Assembly (NCBI GenBank): GCA_038321865.1
Contig: JBBQFH010000004.1
Span: 1 to 64,000 of the forward strand
Source of the DNA: Gemmatimonadales bacterium
GTDB lineage: Bacteria > Gemmatimonadota > Gemmatimonadetes > Gemmatimonadales > GWC2-71-9
Direction of reading: 5' to 3'
Length of the DNA: 64,000 bases
The position numbers were made by a program, and so were the translations under genes. The notes under the pieces are model-generated. The model searched no databases. It was given only the letters and a program-made list of their open reading frames with translations, and was not told where the DNA came from. Within the stretch, counting starts at the first letter, position 1; each line of letters starts with the position of its first letter. Shown here piece by piece: positions 49,580 through 57,036 of this stretch.

Positions 49580-50872
49580 TCACGCAATCCCGCCCTTGAT
49601 CGCCAGCAGCATCTTCTCGGCGAAGATGTCGATCTCGTCGAGCGTGGTATAGACGTTCGGCGTTACCCGGAGTCCGCTGAACTCCGCGTGCACGATCGGC
49701 GTGCTCACGATCTTGTGGCGGTCGAGCAGCCACCCGCCCAGCTTCGGCATGTCCATGCCGTCCACCGAAACCAGGCCGATCGCGCCGGAGTAGGGTGAAT
49801 CGAGCGGCGTGAGCATATGGACTCGGCCCTTGCCTTCGGCCACCAGCCGCTTGGCCCAGCGATCCCGCAGGAAGCGGAGCCGCGCGATCTTCCGGTCGGC
49901 GCCAATGCCGCGGTGGAAGGCGATGGCCGCCGAGATCGCGTTGTGATTGGCGGCGGGATGGGTGCCGATTTCCTCGTACTTCCGGATGTTCTCGTCCATC
50001 GAGGCCGGCGCCGCCATGAGAGGCCAGAGCGCCTTCTGCTTGCTCTTCCGCACGTAGAGGAATCCGGTGCCGACCGGCGCCAGCATCCACTTGTGAAGAC
50101 TGGTGCCGTAGTAGTCCACGCCGAGCTGGTCGCGGGTGAAGGGGAAATGGGCAAAGGCGTGCGCGCCGTCGATCAGCACCTCGATCCCCTTGGCGCGGGC
50201 GATGTCGGTGATCTCCTTCACCGGCAGGATGTGGCCGCTCAGGTTGGTGATGTGGGGGAGCTCGATGGCCCGGGTGCGGGGCGTGATCGCGGCGGCGAAC
50301 TGGTCGACCAGGTACTGCTGCGACGGGGGCGGCAGCCGGAAGCTCACCGCCTTCACGACGATGCCTTCGCGCCGGGCGCGCTGGTCCCAGGTGGTGAGCA
50401 TGCGGCCGTAGTTCTGGTTGCTGACCACGACCTCGTCACCCCGCTTGAGGTCCAGGCCAAATTGCACGATCTCGTTGGCCTCCGAGGCGTTCCGGACGAT
50501 CGCCATCTCCTCGACGTCGCAGCCGAACTCGCGTGCGAGGTCACGGCGGACGCTCTCGACGCGGGGTTCCAGCACCCGCCACATGTGATCGACCGGCAAC
50601 TCATTGGAGAACCGCAGGTCACGGATCATCGCCTCGAGCACGTGGGTCGGCGTTGGGCTGCAGCCGCCGTTGTTCAGGTTGATCATGGTGCGGTCGGAGT
50701 CGAAGGCCCGCTGGATTTCGCTCCAGTAAGCCTCGTCCTCGGCGACTGCGCCGGCGGTCCGGCCCGCCGCGACCTGAGTGGCCTGGCCCAGGTGCCGGAA
50801 GGCGCGCTCGGAAAACGCGGGGGCGACGGCAGCTCCCGCGAGAGAGGTCAGAAATGAACGGCGAGTCGCCAT
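49580..50872 (-). CDS. Class V aminotransferase / isopenicillin N epimerase-like PLP enzyme with Tat signal
   Basis: MATRRSFL Tat motif; NLNNGG, IDGAHA, TSLHKWMLAPVGTG (PLP Lys). Confidence 0.9.
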   Translation of the reverse strand: MATRRSFLTSLAGAAVAPAFSERAFRHLGQATQVAAGRTAGAVAEDEAYWSEIQRAFDSDRTMINLNNGGCSPTPTHVLEAMIRDLRFSNELPVDHMWRVLEPRVESVRRDLAREFGCDVEEMAIVRNASEANEIVQFGLDLKRGDEVVVSNQNYGRMLTTWDQRARREGIVVKAVSFRLPPPSQQYLVDQFAAAITPRTRAIELPHITNLSGHILPVKEITDIARAKGIEVLIDGAHAFAHFPFTRDQLGVDYYGTSLHKWMLAPVGTGFLYVRKSKQKALWPLMAAPASMDENIRKYEEIGTHPAANHNAISAAIAFHRGIGADRKIARLRFLRDRWAKRLVAEGKGRVHMLTPLDSPYSGAIGLVSVDGMDMPKLGGWLLDRHKIVSTPIVHAEFSGLRVTPNVYTTLDEIDIFAEKMLLAIKGGIA

Positions 50873-50965
50873 GGGACGCTCCGGCCTGAAAAAGGGGATG
50901 CCCCCAATTTGCAGCGTCGCTCGCCGCAACGCTACACTTCGCCGCAACCGGGGAGGGGCTGGCCA

Positions 50966-51100
50966 ATGGGAACACAACCGTGGGTGGCCATTCGGCTCGG
51001 GGTTCTGCTGGTCGGCGCCTTGATCGCTGGAGCACTTGCCTCGGCGTGGCGTGCGGTGGTGCTTCCCCCCGCCGTCCTGCTCGCCTCTACCGGAGAGTGA
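50966..51100 (+). CDS. Small single-TM protein (44 aa)
   Basis: GGGAGG RBS; hydrophobic stretch WVAIRLGVLLVGALIAGALASAW. Confidence 0.5.
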   Translation: MGTQPWVAIRLGVLLVGALIAGALASAWRAVVLPPAVLLASTGE

Positions 51101-51113
51101 CGGAGCCCAGGCC

Positions 51114-51386
51114 ATGTCGAGAGCATTCGTGAACGAGGATGCGGGCGGCGAAATGCATCGCTACCCGCTCCCGCCCAGAGATGATCCGGCCTACGACGAC
51201 GCCGCGGCGCGGGCGCTGCTGCGCGGCGCCGATGCAGGTGACTCGGCCGGAGCGGAGGCCGCCACCGGCTACGTCTTTGGCGAGCCGGCGCTGCGGCCGC
51301 ACGTGCGCCGCATTCTCGAGCGGGCCCTTGAAACCGGTGACGAGCGCCTGGAACAGCTGGCGGAGCGATTCCTCCGGCGCGGATGA
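51114..51386 (+). CDS. Hypothetical protein (90 aa) beginning MSRAFVNED
   Basis: GGAG RBS; its stop overlaps the next gene's start. Confidence 0.75.
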   Translation: MSRAFVNEDAGGEMHRYPLPPRDDPAYDDAAARALLRGADAGDSAGAEAATGYVFGEPALRPHVRRILERALETGDERLEQLAERFLRRG

Positions 51387-52447
51387 TGACGAACCCTCGC
51401 GAACTGACACGGGCACGCGACCTGGTCCTCGCATACGGCTGGAACGCCACGGCGTATCAGATCGTGAACCCCGGCATTGCCCACTGGTTTGCGCTCGAGG
51501 GTGATGCGGTGGTGGGCTATGCGGAATGGCGCGGAGTCCGCGTCGTGGCCGGCGCCCCGGTCTGCCCCGCCGAGCGGCTCGCCGCGGTGACTGCCGAGTT
51601 CGAACGGCGGGCCGCCCAGGAGGGGAAGCGGGTGTGCTATTTCGGAGCGGAGGGGAGACTGGAGACGTTGTATCGCGATGACGCCGGTCACGCCCGCGTG
51701 CTGCTCGGCGCCCAGCCGGTGTGGGATCCGCGGAACTGGCCGGGCATCGTTCGGGGCAATGCCCCCATCCGCGCCCAGCTCAACCGCGCCCGCAACAAGG
51801 GTGTAACCGTTCTCGAGTGGCCCTCGCCGCGCGCCGAGCGGCACCCGGAGCTGCAGCGCTGCCTCGACGAATGGCTGGCCGGCCGTGGACTCCCGCCGCT
51901 GCATTTTCTCGTGGAGCCCGAGACGCTCGCACGCCTCGGCGACCGCCGGGTGTTCGTCGCGGAGCAGGCTGGACGGCCGATCGCCTTTCTGGTGGCCTCG
52001 CCGGTGCCTCAACGGCGTGGCTGGCTCGTCGAGAAGTTCGTTCGCGGCCGCCATGCACCGAACGGTACGTCGCAGCTCATGGTGGACGCGGCGCTGCGGG
52101 CGTTCGCGGCCGACGGGGCGGAGTACGCTACCCTGGGACTCGCGCCGCTGTCCCGGCGGGCGGGCATCGACGCACCGCGCGAACCGCTCTGGCTGCACGG
52201 TGTACTCGCCTGGGTGCGCGCGCACGGGCGCCGTTTCTACAACTTCGACGGGCTCGACGCCTTCAAGGCCAGGCTGCAGCCCGAGCGGTGGGAGCCTGTC
52301 TTCGCGATCGCGGCCGGCGGGTCGTTCTCGCCCCGATTTCTCTACGCCATCGCCGCCGCCTTCAGCGGCGGCTCTCCGCTCGCTACGCTGGCGGGCGGGC
52401 TGGTCCGTGCCGCGTCGGCGGAGCTCGGCTGGGCGGCGGACCGCTGA
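51383..52447 (+). CDS. Stand-alone DUF2156 / LPG_synthase_C aminoacyl-tRNA-dependent transferase domain protein
   Basis: VVAGAPVCP, RAQLNRARNKGV, APNGTSQLMV, TLGLAPL, FYNFDGLDAFKARLQPERWEP; no N-terminal flippase TMs. Confidence 0.88.
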   Translation: MMTNPRELTRARDLVLAYGWNATAYQIVNPGIAHWFALEGDAVVGYAEWRGVRVVAGAPVCPAERLAAVTAEFERRAAQEGKRVCYFGAEGRLETLYRDDAGHARVLLGAQPVWDPRNWPGIVRGNAPIRAQLNRARNKGVTVLEWPSPRAERHPELQRCLDEWLAGRGLPPLHFLVEPETLARLGDRRVFVAEQAGRPIAFLVASPVPQRRGWLVEKFVRGRHAPNGTSQLMVDAALRAFAADGAEYATLGLAPLSRRAGIDAPREPLWLHGVLAWVRAHGRRFYNFDGLDAFKARLQPERWEPVFAIAAGGSFSPRFLYAIAAAFSGGSPLATLAGGLVRAASAELGWAADR

Positions 52448-52929
52448 TGGCGTCCTCTCCCGATCCGCGCCGCGAGCTGGCGAATCTGTTCGAGCGCGAG
52501 ATCCCGCTTACGCGCGCCATGTCCGTGCGTGTGCTGGCCGCGGGATCCGAGGGTGTCACTCTCGCGGCGCCGCTGGCGCCCAACCTCAACTACACCGGCA
52601 CGGCATTCGGCGGGAGTCTGGGCGCGTTGCTCGTGCTCGCCGGCTGGGCCTATCTCTGGCTGCTGCTACAGCGGAAGGGGATCAGCGGGTGGGTGGTGGT
52701 GCAGGAGAGCCATAGCGTCTTCCTGCAGCCGGTCACGCGCGAGTTCGAGGCGTCGTGCCTCCCGCCGACGGCCGCGGCGCTCGCCCAGTTCGAGACGACG
52801 CTCCGCCGCTGGGGTCGCGCGCGTATCGTCGTCGATGTGGTGATCGGCTCGGCGGCTTCCCCCGCGGTTCGGTTTCGCGGGACGTATGTCGCGTTCACCG
52901 GCACCGAGACCAGTGTCGGCGGCGCCTGA
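52447..52929 (+). CDS. YiiD_C hotdog-fold protein (MadB-like thioesterase/decarboxylase family)
   Basis: IPLTRAM, APLAPNLNYTGTAFGGSL, FLQPV, GRARI; TGATG overlap. Confidence 0.85.
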   Translation: MASSPDPRRELANLFEREIPLTRAMSVRVLAAGSEGVTLAAPLAPNLNYTGTAFGGSLGALLVLAGWAYLWLLLQRKGISGWVVVQESHSVFLQPVTREFEASCLPPTAAALAQFETTLRRWGRARIVVDVVIGSAASPAVRFRGTYVAFTGTETSVGGA

Positions 52930-52931
52930 TC

Positions 52932-53510
52932 CTAGCGTGCCACCAGGGAGGGCAATGCACGCAGTGTCTCGAGCAGCTCGGGGCTCGCGCGCTCGATGGC
53001 CGCACGCGGATCGGTTCGCAGCGCACCCGGGTGGTACAGCACGCGGAACGCCTCCGCCCAGTATTCCGCTGGATTGGTGTTGCCGTAGGCCGTCACCGCG
53101 TGCCCGCACCGGTAGTGCCGCTGCACGTTCAGGCGAAGCCCGCTATACAGCAGGTAGTCGAGCGCGTGGCCGACCTCATGGATCACGGTTCGCTCCGGAT
53201 CGCTCGAGCGGGTAATCGCGATGACCTTGCTGGTGGGATCGTACCATCCCGCCGCCGCATCAAAGGAACGGATCCCGCCCCCGTAATCGAGCACGTCCTC
53301 CGCAAACGGATACCATCGGGCGATCGTCCGGCTCGGCGTCGACCGCCGGCCGAGTATGGCGAACTGCACTCCCTGCTTGCAAATGAAATCAACGAGCGCG
53401 GCGGGAATGCGGCCGAGCCCCAGCCGGACCTGGTAGGCGCGCTCGGCGTCGTTGCAGAAGACCAGCGAGAGCGGCCCCTCGTATTCCGAGGGCAACGCGG
53501 CGTGTGACAT
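52932..53510 (-). CDS. Zinc metallopeptidase (HExxH; ATLF/PPEP- or MtfA-like), no signal peptide
   Basis: VIHEVGHALD and YGNTNPAEYWAEAF. Confidence 0.8.
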   Translation of the reverse strand: MSHAALPSEYEGPLSLVFCNDAERAYQVRLGLGRIPAALVDFICKQGVQFAILGRRSTPSRTIARWYPFAEDVLDYGGGIRSFDAAAGWYDPTSKVIAITRSSDPERTVIHEVGHALDYLLYSGLRLNVQRHYRCGHAVTAYGNTNPAEYWAEAFRVLYHPGALRTDPRAAIERASPELLETLRALPSLVAR

Positions 53511-53586
53511 GGCGTGGAATGCTCCGAGCGGGTTCCGGCAACGAGCGCTGCCGGGCCCCTTCCACGACACATTTCATGCCAACCGG

Positions 53587-53892
53587 TCAGAGCTGCAGTC
53601 GCCGGGTGATCACGTCCAGCCCCTTGGCCGCGGATGCCGGCGTGCGTACCACGATGTCCACGAGGCAGGTGCCGGTGTGCGGACTCGCGTGCAGCACGAT
53701 ATGGCCATCGAGACAGAGCATCGCCACCGAGTATCCGAGCGGACCCCGGCGAACGACCGGTGGCCCGGGGGCCGCGATGCCGATCGCACTGGCGGCGGCC
53801 ACGACGAGCGCTGCCAGGCCGTCCGGGTCGGCCAGGCGCGCCGCCGGCACATCGGCCAGCTCCGCGACCTGGTGGTCGAATGCCCCGCTCAC
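53587..53892 (-). CDS. S-adenosylmethionine decarboxylase (SpeD/SpeH)-fold protein, probably catalytically inactive
   Basis: H..AEL, L.D...L, G.S..MLCL-DGH-IVLHASP..G..LVDI follows the class 1B AdoMetDC pattern, but the ESH motif is absent. Confidence 0.65.
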   Translation of the reverse strand: MSGAFDHQVAELADVPAARLADPDGLAALVVAAASAIGIAAPGPPVVRRGPLGYSVAMLCLDGHIVLHASPHTGTCLVDIVVRTPASAAKGLDVITRRLQL

Positions 53893-53939
53893 CGGAAGCG
53901 CCGCTCGATCAAGGGTATGTTTGGGGGCGGAGGATGCAC

Positions 53940-54533
53940 ATGGAGAGTTCCGAAGGTCTTGCGAAGCGTGCGGTGCCCCAAGCTAGTCCTCGCCCGCAGG
54001 GCGAGCAAGGCCGCGGTACGCCGACCGTCGCCGATGCGCTCACCGCGCTCCGGATCCCGATGGCGGTCGCGTTCATCCTGGTGCACGACGAATGGTGGCG
54101 GCTGGCGATCGTCGCCACGGCAGCCGCCACCGATCTGCTCGACGGGCGGATCGCGCGGCGCTATGGCGGCTCGCGCTTCGGCGCGGTGCTCGATCCGGTC
54201 GCCGACAAGCTCTTCATGGCCTGCGCGTTCGGGGTGGTTGCCTTCTCCGGGCGGCTCGAATGGTACGAGATCGTCGGCGTGCTCATTCGCGATATCATCG
54301 CCAGCGTCGCCTATTTCTCCACCGCCGTGTTCGGCCGCGCGATCGCCGTGCCGGCTCGCCTCGGCGGCAAGGCGGTCACGGTGGCGCAGCTGCTGACGCT
54401 GGTCGCGTTCCTGATCGACTCGCCGCGGCTCCGGCCGATGGCGTGGGCGACGGCGGCGATCGGCCTGTACGCGATCTGGGACTATCAGCGCGCCGCAGCG
54501 CGCGCCGGCACACCGCACACTGACCGGGAGTGA
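53940..54533 (+). CDS. CDP-alcohol phosphatidyltransferase family protein
   Basis: TDLLDGRIARRYG.SRFGAVLDPVADK signature. Confidence 0.93.
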   Translation: MESSEGLAKRAVPQASPRPQGEQGRGTPTVADALTALRIPMAVAFILVHDEWWRLAIVATAAATDLLDGRIARRYGGSRFGAVLDPVADKLFMACAFGVVAFSGRLEWYEIVGVLIRDIIASVAYFSTAVFGRAIAVPARLGGKAVTVAQLLTLVAFLIDSPRLRPMAWATAAIGLYAIWDYQRAAARAGTPHTDRE

Positions 54534-54535
54534 AC

Positions 54536-54946
54536 ATGGCTGGTGAGACCAAGCACGCCACCGTCGCGTGGCGCCGCGGGATGGAGTTCGAGGGCGGGCC
54601 GCCGGGGGGGCCCATGACGCTGGTGGATGGCCACGCGGCCGCGGCGCCGAGCCCGGTCGTGATGCTGCTCATCGCCGTCGCCGGGTGTACCGGGAGCGAC
54701 GTCGTGTCGATCCTGGAAAAGATGCGGGTGACGCTGGAATCATTCCGGATCGAGATCGCGGGTGTGCGGCGGGAGCACGAGCCGAAGCGGTATGTCTCGA
54801 TCCACCTGGTCTATCATATCCGTGCACAGGGGCTCGACGAGGCGAAGGCCCGGCGCGCCATCGGGTTGTCGCTCGAGAAGTATTGCTCCGTCACTCAGTC
54901 GCTCGCCCCGGACATCGCCGTCACGTATGACGTGGCGCTGGACTAG
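54536..54946 (+). CDS. OsmC family protein (YhfA-like)
   Basis: PSP..MLL.AVAGCTGSDV, LSLEKYCSV. Confidence 0.9.
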   Translation: MAGETKHATVAWRRGMEFEGGPPGGPMTLVDGHAAAAPSPVVMLLIAVAGCTGSDVVSILEKMRVTLESFRIEIAGVRREHEPKRYVSIHLVYHIRAQGLDEAKARRAIGLSLEKYCSVTQSLAPDIAVTYDVALD

Positions 54947-55373
54947 CGCCTGCGCCGTGCTGCTCGCCATCGGCTCGTCCGCCGCGGCACAGCAGGCACG
55001 CGAGCTCGGCGTTCAGGCCACGGTACTGGCCTCCAGCCCGGCCGTCGCGGTGGCCGGGCTCTACGGCGCGCTCCGCACCACGGCACGCACCCGGCTCGCC
55101 GTGACGGCAGGCGTTGGCGCCACCGATGGGCGGTTTGCCTGGCGGAGTGAGCTGCTGGCCCACTTCCTCCTGAACCCACGCAGTACGACCCGGCCTGGGA
55201 TCTACGGCGGCGGCGGCGTGGCCGCCACCGGGGCCGGTGGTCAGGCAAAGGGCTATGTGGTGGTCCTGCTGGGGATCGAGGCTCGGCCGGGCGGCTCCAG
55301 CGGCTGGGCGGTCGAGGCGGGGCTGGGTGGCGGCTTGCGGGCGGCGGTCGGCTGGCGTTGGCGCCGGCGTTGA
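54927..55373 (+). CDS. Secreted protein, probable small outer-membrane beta-barrel
   Basis: Signal peptide ending AAA-Q; alternating amphipathic strands, YGGGG, C-terminal GWRW. Confidence 0.65.
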   Translation: MTWRWTSACAVLLAIGSSAAAQQARELGVQATVLASSPAVAVAGLYGALRTTARTRLAVTAGVGATDGRFAWRSELLAHFLLNPRSTTRPGIYGGGGVAATGAGGQAKGYVVVLLGIEARPGGSSGWAVEAGLGGGLRAAVGWRWRRR

Positions 55374-55381
55374 CGGACACT

Positions 55382-55414
55382 AAAACGCCCCCGGGAAGCG
55401 ATTCCTGGGGGCGT
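55382..55414 (-). terminator. Intrinsic terminator
   Basis: ACGCCCCCGGGAA-GCGA-TTCCTGGGGGCGT with a UUUU tail on the minus strand; between convergent genes. Confidence 0.75.
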
Positions 55415-55434
55415 CAGCGTGTCCGGCAGTCAGT

Positions 55435-55704
55435 TCAGGCGCTGACCGGTTCCGCGCGTCGCTGCACCGGCTGACAGTAGCGTTCGCCGAGGGTGCGAAG
55501 CTGGGCCAGCTGCTCACCGCTCAGATCGTCATAGCGATCGGCGACGTACTGCATCGTGTCGTCGAACCATTCCTTCTGGTGCTCGGGCATCGCTTCGATC
55601 ACGCCGCAGCGCAGAATGTGGCTGAACATCTCGTCGCGGGCCTGGTCGAACGTCGAAGGCGCCGAGCTCGTCGTGGTGGTACGCCGGGTCTTTTGCTTAC
55701 TCAT
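55435..55704 (-). CDS. Hypothetical protein (89 aa)
   Basis: AAGGA RBS, own promoter and terminator; FDQARDEMFSHILRCGV. Confidence 0.8.
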   Translation of the reverse strand: MSKQKTRRTTTTSSAPSTFDQARDEMFSHILRCGVIEAMPEHQKEWFDDTMQYVADRYDDLSGEQLAQLRTLGERYCQPVQRRAEPVSA

Positions 55705-55751
55705 GCACCGTCCTTGTGTGGTGTCGAGGGTAACACCTTAATATAGATGGG

Positions 55752-55769
55752 TTGCACCAATTGGTGCAA
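55752..55769. promoter_or_regulatory. Perfect 18-bp palindrome, putative operator in a divergent promoter
   Basis: TTGCACCAATTGGTGCAA; overlaps the -35 of a minus-strand TTGCAC-N18-TATATT promoter. Confidence 0.6.
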
Positions 55770-55891
55770 ACGCCACTTTCCCTCCATGCCGTACGCGTTT
55801 CCGTGTACATTTGCTGGCGTTTCAACAACGGGACGGTGCCCCGTGGGGTTCCCCCGCCGCTTCCACCACGATTTTCGGAGGATGACGATCC

Positions 55892-56611
55892 ATGGCCGGT
55901 TCGCCCAGCCCCACCAGAGGCTTCTACGTCGCGCTCGCCGCCATCGCCGGTATCGGCGTGATCGCCATCCTCTACCTGCTGCTGAAGCCATCCACGGTCG
56001 CGATCCCGATCAACGTCGCGATTCAGCCCAGCGATACGATGGGCTTCCAGGGGTACGTGCTGGGCTCGCCGACCGCGCCGGTCGAGATCACGGAATTCGC
56101 CGATTACGAGTGCCCGTTCTGTCAGACCTTCGCCACCATGCAGATGCCGACGATCCAGGACCGGCTCATCAAGACCGGCCGGCTCCGCTTCCGCTATCGC
56201 GACTTCCCGCTCAACATCCACTCCCACTCGCGGCTCGCGGCCCACGCGGCGGCCTGCGCCAGTGACCAGGGCCCGGAGAAGTACTGGGCCATGCACGACC
56301 GGATCTACGAAGGCCAGGGCGACTGGTCTCCGGCGGGCGATGCCGGCGGGTACTTTCAGACGTACGCCAAGGCGGTCGGGCTGGACATGTCGGCCTACGA
56401 CAACTGCATGAAGACGACCAAGTACGCCGGCCGGATCCAGGCCAGCTACGACCTCGGCGTTCGCTACGGCGTGCCATCCACTCCGACGATCATGGTCGGG
56501 AGTACGTTGTGGACCGGCCGGCTCGACTCGGACGCGATCCTCCACCTGGTGGATTCTCTGTCGCCGCCCGCGCCCGTTCCCCCCGCCGATTCCGCCACGG
56601 CGCGCCCGTGA
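55892..56611 (+). CDS. DsbA family thiol:disulfide oxidoreductase, membrane anchored
   Basis: EFADYECPFC (CxxC), RDFPL, GVPSTPT (cis-Pro loop); N-terminal TM. Confidence 0.92.
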   Translation: MAGSPSPTRGFYVALAAIAGIGVIAILYLLLKPSTVAIPINVAIQPSDTMGFQGYVLGSPTAPVEITEFADYECPFCQTFATMQMPTIQDRLIKTGRLRFRYRDFPLNIHSHSRLAAHAAACASDQGPEKYWAMHDRIYEGQGDWSPAGDAGGYFQTYAKAVGLDMSAYDNCMKTTKYAGRIQASYDLGVRYGVPSTPTIMVGSTLWTGRLDSDAILHLVDSLSPPAPVPPADSATARP

Positions 56612-57033
56612 AGTACCGGATGGCGGCGGCCCTCCTCAGTCTCGTGGGGGTCTTCGTCGCGCTGTACCTCTTTCTGTACAAGATCGGGAAGATCGGCGCG
56701 CTGGTCTGCGGGACGGGCTCGTGCGAGGCCGTGCAGCAGAGCCGCTGGGCGCGGTTCGCCGGCGTGGACGTCTCGCTCATCGGGCTGATCGGCTATCTGA
56801 CCCTCCTCGCGCTCGCCGTCGCGTCGCTCCAGCCGGGGCGGCGGTCGCTGGCATCCGCGCTGACCGTCCTCAGCGGCCTCGGGGTGCTCTTCAGTGCCTA
56901 CCTCACGTACATCGAGCTCTTCGTGCTTCACGCCATCTGCCGGTGGTGTGTGGGCTCGGCGCTGATCGTCACCTCCGTCTTTCTCGCGGCGCTCCTCGAC
57001 CACCGCCATTCGCGCGCGCGGGCAGGCAGCTGA
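56608..57033 (+). CDS. Vitamin K epoxide reductase (VKOR) family protein
   Basis: CGTGSCEAVQQSRW loop cysteines and ICRWC active site; GTGA overlap with dsbA. Confidence 0.92.
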   Translation: MKYRMAAALLSLVGVFVALYLFLYKIGKIGALVCGTGSCEAVQQSRWARFAGVDVSLIGLIGYLTLLALAVASLQPGRRSLASALTVLSGLGVLFSAYLTYIELFVLHAICRWCVGSALIVTSVFLAALLDHRHSRARAGS

Positions 57034-57036
57034 CCG

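Noticed and set aside
53567..53581. Sigma54-like TGGCATGAAATGTGT upstream of the zinc peptidase
   Set aside because: The -24 element is good but the -12 position reads GT, not the near-invariant GC.
55892..57033. DsbA-VKOR pair as a novel system
   Set aside because: VKOR replacing DsbB as the DsbA oxidant is an established pathway.
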